Shown here piece after piece: positions 1-13,046 of a stretch of DNA of 64,000 bases (positions are counted from its first letter, which is position 1; every line of letters begins with the position of its first letter). Both the position numbers and the translations under genes were made by a program. The DNA is taken from the NCBI GenBank assembly GCA_951406725.2, contig OX597814.1, positions 138,818,001-138,882,000 on the forward strand, written 5' to 3'. The DNA is from Octopus vulgaris (taxonomy: Eukaryota). Below the pieces are notes generated by a model, which saw only the letters and a program-made list of their open reading frames with translations, had not been told where the DNA came from and did no database searches.

Positions 1-709
1 GACAAAACGCTTGTCAGCATTTCTTTCGGCCTTACGTTCTGAGGTCGACTTTGTCTTTCATCCTTTTGGGGTCAATAAATTAAGCACCAGTGGAGAATCG
101 ACTTAACCGCTCCCCTATAATTTCAGGCTTTGTACCTATTTAGAAAAAATATTCTTTAGCTTCTAGTGCTACATCAAACTAAACTCCTTTTATCTTGTAT
201 GGTAGAAACGGAGTCCACCACTCGAAATTACAAGATATATAATACATGACGCTTTCTGGGACAGTCTATCAAATCTAACTGGGTCTACGGAGAACATTTA
301 CTTTATCATTAAAACCACATGAAACGTTCGCCACAGGAATCCAGAGTGGTGGAAGCACAATGCTTTTTGCGTTTATCTTCAATTCAATCTCGTGTTATTA
401 AAAAAATGGTTGTGTTTTTATTAATTCGATTAATGGTGCAGGCATGTCTGTGATGTTAAGAACCTCGCTTCGTAGCAACTTGATTTCAAGGTCAGCCCCA
501 CTGTGTAACACCTAGGGAAAATGTCTTCTATCGTAGCCCCAAGCCCCGGCCGATGCCTTGTGAGAGAATTTGGAAAAGGAAAACTATGTGGAAGCCCATC
601 ACACACACATACTCACATATGTGTGTGCGTGTGTGTGTTCGTCTCTGTGCTCGTCACTTGCTGCCACGGGTACTTAATTTATCGACTCCGAAAGGATGAA
701 AGACAAAGT

Positions 710-1050
710 ATTTAGGAAGATTTGAACCTAAAAGATGAAAATATGTTACAATGTGCTACTATCAAGCTGTATATTAACGCCAATAAATTTGCATTAAAAG
801 GGTCATGTAAAAAAGGAAATGTTTCTCACATTGACATTAGGCCATGCATGTTCTTTTCTACTCTAGGCACAAGTCCAGAAAATTTGATGGAGGGGGCCAG
901 TCGATTAGATCGACCCCAGTATGCAACTGGTACTTAATTTATCGACCCCCAAATGATGAAAAGCAAAAATCGACCTCGGTGGAATTTGGTCTCAGAACGT
1001 AAAGACAAACGAAATACTGCTAAGGATTTCGCCCGGCGTGCTAACATTTC
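710..1050 (+). repeat. Local duplication of unique flank plus SINE (partner at 6503-6870)
   Basis: ATTTAGGAAGATTTGAACCTAAAAGATGAAAATA...GGCCATGCAT plus the adjoining SINE occur at 710 and 6503. Both SINEs share the variant AAAGCAAAAATCGAC. Confidence 0.85.
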
Positions 1051-1281
1051 TTATTTCTTTATTGCCCACAAGGGGCTAAACATAGAAGGGACAAACAAGG
1101 ACAGACAGATATATTAAATCGATTACATCGACGCCAGTGCGTAACTGGTACCTAATTTATCGTCCCCGAAAGGATGAAAGGCAAAGGCGACCTCGGTGGA
1201 ATTTGGTCTCAGAACATAAAGACAAACGAAATTCCGCTAGACATTTCGCCCGGCGTGCTAACGTTTCTGCCAGCTCACCGC
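852..1281 (-). mobile_element. tRNA-derived SINE family A, tandem copies
   Basis: Reverse complement of the family A consensus (GGCGAGCTGGCAGAAACGTTAGCACGCCGGGCGAAAT...GTTCTGAG...GTCGACTTTGCCTTTCATCCTTTCGGGGTCGAT...AAAGAAATA). Further degenerate copies at ~1-150, 669-708 and 1400-1580. Confidence 0.8.
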
Positions 1282-2025
1282 ACATCGCCTATTACTACTA
1301 CTTATTTATTTTATTTATTCTTAAAGAAAGGAAATACAAAGCAGACTGAAATGGGCCGTGAACTTGGAACAAAATGGGCTATGATAAATAGCTGCTTAAT
1401 GCTAAGTGGGATTCATGCAAGGCCAGATATCAAATGGGGAGAGAAAGAGTCGATTTTATATACTTGAGTATCTAACTAATAGTTTATTTTCTTGAAAGGC
1501 AAATTTGACCGCAGCAGGATCTGAACTCAGTACGTAAATAACCGGAGCAATACCGGAGCGACGTTCTACCGATTGTGCTATAAAGTAAACATAGTTAGCA
1601 GGACCAGTTTCAATCACTAATGGCTCAGTACGTTTACATCTCGTCACTCAGCTAACCAGTCCGATGCTATAATAACTTCAAGTGAATACATTGGTTCTTT
1701 TACTTGAGAATCGTGTCGGGCAAATTCCAACAGTATTCGCTCCAAACTAAATGATACGGCTATATAAGCAGATTGCTCCAAGTTCAATATGTAGTAGAAA
1801 CGTAAATACAGGCTTAAAACATTTATACTAAAGGATTAAATGACAGTACAATGTTTGTAAATAATGTAGGATATTGTGAAATGTCTGTTTCACATCCGTA
1901 TATATATATATATATGGATGTAGTACCTGAGAGTTCTACCCATACGACCCTCTTAAATGGGCGAAGACGGATGGTTGAATAGACCGTTATTTCTTGATAC
2001 TTTTAATTTTGCTTACTCGCTTTCC

Positions 2026-2118
2026 CTGGTATCGGGAATTTAAACATGGTCGGAACTCTGTGGAAACAGCTCCCAGATCTGGTCGCCCCGCTTCTGCCAT
2101 TGATGAGGCATCTGTCCG
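2026..2118 (+). repeat. Isolated 93-bp copy of mariner internal sequence
   Basis: Matches 3443-3535 at 91/93 positions. No TIR or other mariner sequence around it. Confidence 0.9.
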
Positions 2119-2177
2119 GTACAGCGAAACACTTTTAATAACTATTATTCTTTCTTTTCCTCCTCCCTCTCTCTCAC

Positions 2178-2238
<61 letters not shown>

Positions 2239-2287
2239 ATATTTCGGAATGGTCATATTGCCAGTTTGCACAACAAATATTTAAACG

Positions 2288-2324
<37 letters not shown>

Positions 2325-2369
2325 ATATATATATATATATGTGTGTGTGTATATATATATATATGTATG

Positions 2370-2423
<54 letters not shown>

Positions 2424-2648
2424 TTTATAAGTTTAAATTATCTAAATAATTTTTAAAATTTTAACTTTAATTTAAATATTTTAATTTGGAATTTTATATT
2501 TTTTATATTTTATATTTTATATTTTTTTAATTAATTTTATTTCTATGTATTGGCTTATGATTTTCACTGATTGATTTGCCTAATAGTGGTTTTATCTCTA
2601 AGTTAATATAATATATATATATATACAGGATAGATAGATAAATTACAT

Positions 2649-2716
<68 letters not shown>

Positions 2717-3094
2717 GAAAATATTATTTTCACAATAAAATTTTCGTAATTCCAATGCCTTTCTGGTACACAGTTTTAATTTTTTATTGTTATTTGCCGC
2801 TGAATGTAACATCGCTTGCGCGGTGGATTTGAAAATTATAATATATATGTAGCACGTGTGTTTTCGGTGCTATTTGCTGCATAAATATGCATTAATTTTA
2901 GCGACATCAGTGATGAAGTACGGATGACAAATTACTTTATTTGTACTTTGTTACAGAAACTCGAGTTTGAGGGTAACTACAAAACTATTTTTATCTTCAT
3001 TCCCTTTGAAATTTGTTTAGGCTTTGGTTGTTCTTTCTAGCATATAAGATGTCCTGTCAAAGGCCACTTCTTTCGTAAATTGTTTAGACACTAT

Positions 3095-3163
<69 letters not shown>

Positions 3164-4439
3164 CGAGGGACGTTCAATAAGTAATGCCTCTGACCCACTT
3201 GCAGTTGTTTGATCTAGCTGAAATTTTGCATGTGCAATTATTTATATCTCTATAGAGTAAGTGAACTAATTGTGGTTTCTGATTTACAGGTGTTTGAACT
3301 GAGTCAAGTGTGAAATGGAGCCTGTTGAATGTCGAGCAGTGATCCGGTTTTTGTATTTGAAAGGACGCACACCACGGGAGATTTTTGATGAAATGAAAGT
3401 AACTTATGGTGATGATGCCCCATCATATGACCTTGTAAAACGCTGGTATCGTGAATTCAAACATGGTCGGAACTCTGTGGAAACAGCTCCCAGATCTGGT
3501 CGCCCCGCTTCTGCCATTGATGAGGCATCTGTCCGTCAAGTTGAGGCTGCCATTTTGGAAGATCGACGCATAATTATTCGCCAAATAGCCCATGAGGTCA
3601 AGATTAGTACCGGGTCTGTGGAAACTATCATTCATGACCATTTGCATATGCAAAAGGTGTCTGCCAGATGGATTCCCAGGTTGCTCACGCCTTTCCAGAA
3701 GCAAGAACGCGTCGAGTGCTCGAGGATGAATTTGGAGATGTGCCAAGAAGATGAGTCAAAATTTTTCAAAAGACTGATTACACAGGATGAAACCTGGGTC
3801 CATCACGATGATCCAGAGACCAAAGCCCAGTCAATGCAGTGGAAGCACCGTGACTCACCCCCTCCAAAGAAGGCAAGGGTGCAGCCCTCCGCTGGCAAGG
3901 TCATGCTCACAGTCTTCTGGGACCAGGACGAAGTAGTGATGACCGATTTCCTGGCAAAGGGTACCACAATTACAGGAGCCTATTATGCTTCACTTTTGAG
4001 GAAATTAAGAGAAGTTATCAAAATCAAGAGGCGGAGGAAGATCAGCAAAGGCATCCTCCTCCTGCAGGACAACGCTCCGGTCCACAACTCGCTTGTCGCC
4101 AGATCAGAAGCACAGGCGTATGGCTATGAACTCCTCCCCCATCCCCCTATTTTCTTGACCTTGCACCCTCTGATTTTCCCCTCTTCCCAGTCATGAAGTT
4201 GTTTTTGAAAGGCAAGCGTTTCCCAGATGATGCAGCCTTGATTTCTGAAGTCACGTTCAGGTTGGAGGACCAAGCTGGGGTCTTCTACAAAAACGGTCTC
4301 CAGAGCTGCATCAAACGATGGGAGAAATGCGTAGCTCTGGGTGGTTCCTATGTAGAAAAAGACTAATAACTGTGCCAAGTTTCGTTGCTCTACTGCTATG
4401 GGAAGTGGGTCAGGGGCATTACTTATTGAACGCCCCTCG
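3164..4439 (+). mobile_element. Full-length mariner (DD34D) DNA transposon
   Basis: 37-bp TIRs: CGAGGGACGTTCAATAAGTAATGCCTCTGACCCACTT at 3164 and its reverse complement ending at 4439, with 2 mismatches. TA duplication at 3162-3163 and 4440-4441. Length 1276 bp, containing a transposase. Confidence 0.96.
3315..4366 (+). pseudogene. Mariner transposase with a single 1-bp frameshift
   Basis: ORF 3315-4196 has an HTH region, WIPRLL (WVPHEL-like), ITQDETW and LLQDNAP. A 1-bp loss in the C run near 4143-4148 shifts the frame. The restored frame reads HPPYFLDLAPSDF...[16 protein letters not shown] with the stop at 4364-4366, and has 34 aa between the second and third Asp. Confidence 0.93.
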
Positions 4440-4620
4440 TATGTATGTATGTATGTATGTATGTATGTATGTATGTATGTATGTATGTATGTATGTATGT
4501 ATGTATGTATGTATGTATGTGTGTGTATGTGTGTGTACGATGACTTGCATATTCCCTCTTAATACGTTCTGGCAGATTTAAACGTGAATACACTAATGGC
4601 TATTATAGTTTATTTGCCTT

Positions 4621-4829
4621 AGGCGGCGAGCTGGCACAAACGTTAGCACGCCTGTCGAAATGCGTAGTCGTATTTCGTCTGCCGTTACGTTCTGAGTTCA
4701 AATTCCGCCGAGGTCGACTTTGCCTTTCATCCTTTCGGGGTCGATAAATTAAGTACTAGTTGCGCATTAATCCGTTTGTCTGTCCTTGTTTGTCCCCTCT
4801 ATGTTTAGCACCTTGTGGGTAATAAAGAA
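4621..4829 (+). mobile_element. tRNA-derived SINE family A, representative full monomer
   Basis: Pol III A-box-like GGCGAGCTGGCACAAACG and B-box GAGTTCAAATTCC, central CTTTGCCTTTCATCCTTTCGGGGTCGAT domain, AAAGAAT tail. Other copies at ~4960-5165(-), 6652-6870(-), 18095-18385(-), 18550-18680(-), 20290-20720, 30063-30138 and 30335-30472. Confidence 0.85.
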
Positions 4830-5280
4830 TTATATTATAGTTTATTTGCGTAATGAATCGAATGAACTATGAACACACGTTCGTCTGAAGGGCAATGTTC
4901 TGCAATGACAAAACACAACAGCATTTAGCATATTTCGCGACCGAAACTACTGGAACGTATTGATTTCAAATTTTGGCACAAGGCCAGCTAGGTCTGGGGA
5001 GGGGACTAGTCGACCAAATCACTCCCATTACTCAAATGATACTTATTTTAACGACCCCCGAAAGGCAAGCTCAACATTGGCGGAATTTGAACTCAGAGCG
5101 TAAATGACGAAATGTCGCAAAGCATTTTGTCCGGCGTGGAAACGATTCTGCTAGCTCGCCGCGTTAGATCTGCTGGAACATCTTAAGAATGAATATACAA
5201 TACACCGTTTTGATCTTCGCTGTTTACCGTCCGGTGACATATTAGATATATTATATATAAATAGTATACACACACACATA

Positions 5281-5353
<73 letters not shown>

Positions 5354-5356
<3 letters not shown>

Positions 5357-5545
5357 AAATAGTAAAAAGTGAAAAAACTACAGAAGGCTTGTTTTAAAAG
5401 ATTAAAGAATATATATTTAAGTCAATATGTCTGAAGAATATTATAAATTTTTTTCTTACAATGACATAGTTTAGAAGAAAGACCGGTTTCGCGTTTAGCT
5501 TTTCAAACAAGCCTTCTGTAGTTTTTTCACTTTTTACTATTTTCT
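5354..5545. repeat. 47-bp inverted repeat between microsatellites
   Basis: 5354-5400 versus 5499-5545, 1 mismatch. The spacer carries GAAACCGGTC on the minus strand. Confidence 0.85.
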
Positions 5546-5674
5546 ATATATTCAACCACGTGCTTTCACAAACCAACTTTCTTATCTATATATATATATA
5601 TATAATTAAAAATGAGGGTGTCTAAAAGACACCAACATGCCGAAATAGCAGTCGAATAGAGTGACTACTTAGAA

Positions 5675-5712
<38 letters not shown>

Positions 5713-5759
5713 CTATATATATACATATATATATATATATTAGAGAGAGAGTGGGAGGT

Positions 5760-6420
5760 GGCTAGTAATCAGTAATTACAAAGGCTTCAAATAGTGTCGC
5801 TTTTTGTTAGTTAGATAAGAAAATAGGGAAAAACTTATGAGAGGCCGCCGTGAAGACCATAAAACGATTAATACAGATTTTAAAAATCGTTAAATTTATA
5901 GCTATCTGGGGATCAAGAAGCAGAAAAAGTTTCTGAAGACAAAACAGAAAATACTTAAGTAGAATCGATTCTTACAAGAGAGTGGAAGAATAGAACTAAA
6001 CGGGTGTGAAGTAACGGTAAGACATGGAGGAACAAGAGATAAAATGTTTGGCAGAACAACGACTATGAAAGTGTTTACAGAAAAGAGGTAGGGAATCAAT
6101 GTCTTGGCGATAAGAGTGAGGTTGAAATTTGAGTGCCAAGCTCACTTTTGAACTCCATCAAATTAGAGGTGGGACATCGATATTCCACAGAGGAGTAAAT
6201 AAGTGAATTTTAAAGACCTAGAATGTATTCAGAGTAAAAATAATAACGAGATCCTTATAGAGAACCACTAACCTTCAGAAGGATCAAACACCTACTTGTC
6301 TAGTACCTTCTGTGAAGACCTTTAAAAGTCTCTTCCCTTTCTGTTGAGCTTCCTGTTAATCATAAGACTTTATTCTAATAGCTTCTTCTTTTACTTCTAA
6401 GTAGTCACTCACGTCACTGT
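5760..6420 (-). mobile_element. Decayed Penelope-like RT fragment
   Basis: Minus-strand LNT..LKFT-like remnant. GAGTGACTACTTAGAAGTA (5659-5677) is repeated inverted at 6392-6410. Confidence 0.45.
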
Positions 6421-7599
6421 GGATTCAAACCTTGTTTAGAGCAAATCGCATTGAAAAATGTGTTTTTAGAAATAAATTCAGAATATTTATTTCGAGTAAG
6501 GCATTTAGGAAGATTTGAACCTAAAAGATGAAAATATAAGAAACTAATGTTACAATGTGCTACTATCAAGCTGTATATTAACGCCGATAAATTTGCATTA
6601 AAATGGTCATGTAAAAAATATTGTTTCTCACATTTACATTAGGCCATGCATATTCTTATCTACTCTAGGCACAAGGCCCTAAATTTTGGGGGAGAGGGTC
6701 AGTCGATTAGCTCGACCCCAGTAGGCAACTGGTACTTAATTTATCGACCCCGAAACGATGAAAAGCAAAAATCGACATCGGTGGAATTTGAACTCGGAAC
6801 GTAAAGACGAACCAAGCATTTCGCTAAGCATTTCGCCCGACATCTAACGTTTCTGCCAGTTCGCAGCCTTTGGGTCACGCATATCGGGGGAGAGTATATA
6901 GTCAATTTAATTCTTCCCAAAGTCTGAGTGGTACTAATTTTATCTACAATTGATGTAATTAATAAACAGATGTACTTAAATACTGCAAAACACTACGTGT
7001 GTTATACATCCGATTCTACAACTTAAGCACAATTTCGTTTATCAAATATCTTTAAAATCCTTCATTCTTTCATGAACACTAGCCTCCCTCGGGCCTTGCA
7101 TATCTAGAACTCTATTCAATATGATACTTCTTCGTCGAGGATCCACGATATTTGAAGATTTTGTTGCTATTTCTAAGTCCAGCAACCTCGTTGACTCCAC
7201 GCCGTAGAGACTCGTTCTTGGCTCGTGAAATCAATTCTAGCTATGCTCTTGGAACTTTTAGTCAGAATAAGGAACAGTTAACTTTTACGTTGGAATATAT
7301 CATTTAAATGCATTCTTATATTTGCCTTTGTTTCCTCTATAATTTTCTCACAGTTTATACACCAGCAAATTTTTATTCTTAAATACATTTATGTGTATAT
7401 TTTGCTCAACTGTCTGAACATATATGCAAAATATATTATCCAATGTTCTTATGCCACACATACACACACACACGCGCACACACACACATACATATGTATT
7501 ATACTATAATTTTCTATACTGTTTCTATACTGTTTTAAATCAGAATATAGTTAATTTATAGTTTTATTCTACTCTGCGCTTTTTAATGCTGCTTACATC

Positions 7600-9100
7600 A
7601 TACAAAGAAAATTGAATACAGTCTTATAAACTATATAATCGCTGATGACAACCACTTACCTACTTATGCAGCTGATTGACTTCAAAGGGCTAAGAGGAAT
7701 GATGACGAGATAAATTAGCAAAAATAAAGTATTTGTTTGCAAGAACTAAAAGTCCAGGCTCTGAGAATCTCGGAAGTAAACAAGTAAACAAGATCAGGAA
7801 TTTGGCACTGTTAAGGGTCAGTACAAAGCCATTTACTCTTAATGGTTTTTAAAGAAATCGATTTTTGCAACGTAAAAGCTTTATTGAATTGAATTCTTTT
7901 CTCTTGGTTTCTGCAGGCAAAGGTTTAAATAATTTGAAGCAAATGCTTTTTGGGAGTGGGTTTGTATGCTTCCTTTCGTAACCCAGGAGAGAATATGATT
8001 ATTTGATCGTCTCTTGCCACTAGAGTGCGTAAAGTATGAAACATTTTGTGGTATTTCAGCATTTGCCTTAGTAAAATTTCTACACGTCACATTTACATTA
8101 AATTATCTATAATGTTCGCATTTACTTTAACAATGGAATGCATAGGAAAACCACGCAAAAATCAATAAAGATGAAATAATTTGTTGGTCTTAATAAAAAT
8201 AAACAAGTTTTATTTGAGAGATACTTCGCAGAAATTTCCTCCATCTATGAGAAGAAAACTATCAGAATTTTACCCAAATTTTCTCCTTAGGTCAATGTTA
8301 ACGGACGGATAAATTTCCCTGTTGGGGTCTATAGTAATTGTCAAAAAATTCTTTATACCTACTCATTATGGATTTAGAGAAATGAACAATAGTGGTTAAG
8401 GAAGAATTAGAAACGTATTTCAGTATAATATGTGAACAGAATTATGGAAAGTAATTTAGATTCTGAGAATGCAACTATACAGTGTTGGCTGACTGCGAAG
8501 GCAAGACTTTTCAAAGGAATCTTGTACAAGAGCTTCTCTCCAGTTTTATGCCAAAGGAAGAAATGTTGTAATTTTGTATATATACAAAAGTAAGTTGAAT
8601 TTCAGAAGGCTGTCGTTCTAGAGTGAAGGGGATTTTATGTTATTATTACAGGCTTTGAGGAAATTAGTCAAGGCATATTTTCATTAATAGTAGTTGGTAA
8701 ATTCAAACACTTGCAATTAGCAGATTTCTTCACCGGTAATACTACAGCACTGCTGCAGGAGAACTACATAGGATTTTACGAAGAATAAGTTTTGGTTGTG
8801 TAAGGAATGTAAACGGTCATAGTGTCGATTGTCTGCCTAGCTTTCATGGATATGTTATAGTTAAAGGATTTTTGCTGTTAGTGGTAGTCGGCATAAGATT
8901 ACTAGATTGACGATCAGATAACAAAATGTTCACGTAATTGCTTCGCTGTGCAATAAGATAATGTTTTATTTCATCAGACACTTTACCAAGAATGTATTTT
9001 TTCTTTTATCCTGAAATCGTTTCAGGTGTTTTACTATATGACCATACTGGTGCAGCATCTTCAGTTTTAGGGCGCTCATGTAAGCGAATCTCGTTTCAAA
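7600..9100 (-). mobile_element. Possible ancient hAT transposase remnant
   Basis: Minus-strand fragments in the expected order: SITGEEI, ILFTYYTEIRF (cf. LLxxTEVRW), NYLNLCLQ (cf. LNxLNxxLQ). Heavily decayed. Confidence 0.3.
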
Positions 9101-9442
9101 TTTCCCCCAACATCCTTTTTAAGCTATCTCAGTGAACGTGTATGAATACAAAACACTATATGAATTATGTGAATAAAAAGTCGTTTTATTATCTGTTAAA
9201 TGAACTCGAAGGACAATGAATAATCAAAATAATAACGTAAGATATTTTACTTAAAATGTAATTTCTTTCAAAATGTGGCATCATATAATATACATTAGAG
9301 CCAATATTTTAAATCTTTTTTAGCAATGTTTTCTCTCCCAAATTATATTCTAATGTTTTACAAATTTTGATTGATCGAAGATAATTTCCGTAAAAATCGA
9401 TGTTATTTTAGAGCATTTCTCCAAATTTAATTTTAATATTTG

Positions 9443-9496
<54 letters not shown>

Positions 9497-10834
9497 AAAT
9501 AACTAGTTCCCGGTAGATAAAATAATTCATTTAGGTTTAGGTGAACATAGTAGCACGAAATGTAAGCGGTTCCTTGACTGCAACGCACTGGCTTATTATT
9601 AGTGATATGTTCACAACTCCACTAAGGAAGACTTACAATAATGTCCCATTTGTATCCAGAAGAATAAACTATTTATCTATCAATTAATTGTTTGACGTGA
9701 AGGTGCGTGGCTTAACAAACGTCTCGTCCAGATGGGGAATACATATGCCATTGGAACCGCCCCTATGTGACTCGGGAAGGAATTTTATTTTTTAATTGTT
9801 AAACATGATATAACAGGGTGTCAGTTACATCAGACCCCACACTAAAGTGTCTCTTTTTCGGTCGTTATTGAATGAATTTATTATAGATAGAAAATATTTT
9901 TAAGTCTTTAGCTTTTAGTGATAGTTAAACTTTGCATTATCAGGGAAGTAAAATATTTATGCATCAGAAGGTATCTAGATTCATTGTGGGGCATATTAAA
10001 ACGAATTTTGGCTTATTTTATAAGATATCGAATGAGTTAACAAGTACTACTCGGTTAAACCACTAAAACGCTTAGTTGTTTCTCACGGTGGTAACTTATA
10101 AAACAATTTTATTACAAATAATATTGGGATTTATTTTTAAAGTGAGAAAATAACTTCGTTGTAGGCGAAGCAACTATTGGGAAAATAACGAAGTATATAT
10201 TGAGTGAATTGTATGACAACAAATTATCTCCATTATCTTCACATCCGGAAACCATTCAATTGAAGAATTGAGCATTGTAGGAAGCTTTTAAAGTCTACTA
10301 CGAGTTGGCTTTCTTAAAATATACGATTAAAGGTTACATATACTTTGAAATTGAGCAAAAGCAATTGAAGTCAATGATATATACAACGGAATAAGGAAAT
10401 ATATTCTCTATCAAACAGAAGATAAGTGGCAACTCTTTCTACAAAATGATTCCTGTTTAAACGTGCAAGAGTTAGACAACAATGAGTTAATCTATAAAAG
10501 TGTTATCTATATAAACATGCAGGAAAACCAAAACAATAGAGATAAAAGGTGTTTCAAGCTTCTTCAAAAGAAATTATAATATAATCTTTATATCTCAACA
10601 TGAGGTCAAGTCAGACAAAATTGACAGTGATTTCACACAATATCACAATCTCTCTGCTATTATAAATGTGTGAAACTCTTCTTAGGTAGTAATAATTTTT
10701 ATTATTTTGTGTAATTTAAATTGTACTACAGGATATAGTTAATTATCGTATTTGAATGAAACCGAGATTGGTCAATTGAGATAATTATCACTTACTACTA
10801 ACAAAGTTGTCTAATAAAAATGATGATGTTATTA

Positions 10835-11343
10835 TTTCAAATTTTTGCCATACAGGCAGCTTGGGGAGATGGGGGTAAGTCGATTACATCGACCCCAGTG
10901 TTCAACTGGTACTTATTTAATCGACCCGGAAAAGATGAAAGGCAAAGTCGACCTCAGCGAAATTTGAACTCAGAACGTAAAGAAGGATAAAAAAACCTAT
11001 TTCTTTACTATCCACAAGGGGCTAAACACAGAGAGGACAAACAAGGACAGGCAAACGGGTTAAGTCGATTATATCGACCCCAGTGCGTAACTGATACTTA
11101 TTTAATCGACCCCGAAAGGATGAAAGGCAAAGTCGACCGCGGCGAAATTTGAACTCAGAACGTAACAGTAGACGAAATACCGCTAAGCATTTCACCCGGC
11201 GTGCTAACGTTTCTGCCAGAAAATAACACACCTCCTGAAGCACAAGAAACCCGCCAATTTTGGAATAACATCTGGGGGCAAGAAGGATGAAATACCGCTA
11301 AGAATTTCGTCAGGTATGCTAATGATTCTGCCAGCTCGCCGCC

Positions 11344-11345
<2 letters not shown>
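10835..11345 (-). mobile_element. SINE family A concatemer
   Basis: About three partial units in tandem, ending with AGCTCGCCGCCTT (head) next to (TAA)n. Confidence 0.85.
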
Positions 11346-11395
<50 letters not shown>

Positions 11396-11412
11396 TGATG
11401 ATGATAATAATA

Positions 11413-12670
11413 AACAAATAACCAGAGGCATTAGGAGAAAATACAGAAGATAATACAACTTCTGAAGCACACGAAACCCGCCAATTTTGGAACAACATCA
11501 GGGGGCAAGAAGTTTCGCACAACCACACTGATGGGTAGATTCATTCCGTGAGATCCGTACTCCATCACCCGGTGACTCCACTACAGGACCACGTGCGCAT
11601 AACAACAGATATCATTGCACAGATATCAAAACTGCCAAACTGGAAACCGGCAGAACCAGATGGAATTCAAGGCTACTGGCTCAAGTGGTTTAGATCAATA
11701 CACATGAGAATTTCCTTGCAATTAGACAGTTGCCTACGGAGCGGTGCAGTTCCGGAGTGGATAGTAGAGGCAAGAACAACATTCTTAATGAAAGATCTCG
11801 TGTGGAAACTATTAACAAGTACCCTCACAGGGGAAATATATGCGTTCCTTGTGGAAAACAGTCTACTGCCAGTAGGACAAAGGGGATGCTGAAAAGGATC
11901 CAAGGGCACCTAGGACCACCTTGTGATAGAGAAAGTTATAATTAAGAACTGTAAACAGTACCAAAAAAACATACACATGGCCTGGGTAGACTTCAAAAAG
12001 GAGTACATGTTGCCACTTCCTGAATTTTGGAAGCACTCGACATGTGTGGAATAGCTGAGAACGTGTGTGCACTGATTACGAACAGCATGCATAGATGGAA
12101 AGCATGTCTTTCCTGTAACAACTAGCACTTAGCCGAGGAAATAACCAAAATAGATATCTTCCACGGAGACGCTTGTTCACGTCTGTTATTTGTTATAGAC
12201 TTGATCCCACTTTCTGTAGTCCTACGCAATGTCAACGCACATTATGAACTGAGAAAAATGAACCTCATCTCAAACACCTTCTCTTCATGAATGATTTAAA
12301 ACTGTTCACAAAAAAAGTCTGAAATGGAGAGGCGAGTTGAGACTGTGCAAATGTGCTGCTGTAAAAATATAAAGATGGAATTCAGTATCTTGAAGTGTGC
12401 GGTGCTTACTTTGAAGCGGGGGAAAGAGTAAATTGTAGGGGCATAAAATTGCCGAACGGAAAGAGAATGGAAAGCCTGGATGATGTTGGGTAGAAGTACC
12501 TTGGTATCCTGGAGCCAGAAAATATCTTGCACAGAGAAATGAAATACAAGACCATCACTGCATATTTCAAGCGCCTCAAACTTCTCTTGAAATCAAAACT
12601 CAACTCAAGGAAACTTGTAACCTCCATGGACATATAGACTGTTGCTGTAGTCCGCTAGAGTGCATCCACT
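11413..12670 (+). mobile_element. Decayed RLE-type LINE (R4/Dong-like) reverse transcriptase fragment
   Basis: LPNWKPAEPDGIQGYWLK, LLPVGQRGC, HMAWVDFKK, IFHGDACSRLLF and HLLFMNDLKLF (FMDD equivalent), with many stops and frameshifts. Begins at (TAA)n. Confidence 0.85.
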
Positions 12671-12671
12671 A

Positions 12672-12968
12672 GGATGAAAGGCAAAGTCGACATTGGCGGA
12701 ATTTGAACACCAGAACGTAGCGGCAGACGAAATACCTATTTCTTTACTACCCACAAGGGGCTAAACACAGAGAGGAAAAACAAGGGCAGACACACGGATT
12801 AAGTCGATTATATCGACCCCAGTGCGTAACTGGTACTTATTTAATCGACCCCGAAAGGGTGAAAGGCAAAGTCGACCTCAGCGGAATTTGAACTCAGAAC
12901 GTAGCGGCAGACGAAATACCGCTAATCATTTCACCCGGCGTGCTAACGTTTCTGCCAGCTCGCCGCCC

Positions 12969-12969
<1 letters not shown>
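12672..12969 (-). mobile_element. SINE family A dimer
   Basis: Head unit plus headless second unit, joined by AAAGAAATA|GGTATTTCGTC on the minus strand. Confidence 0.85.

Positions 12970-13044
<75 letters not shown>

Positions 13045-13046
<2 letters not shown>

Noticed and set aside
9814-10500. CAGGGTG start suggesting a Tc1-like element
   Set aside because: I found no matching second TIR and no clear transposase motif.
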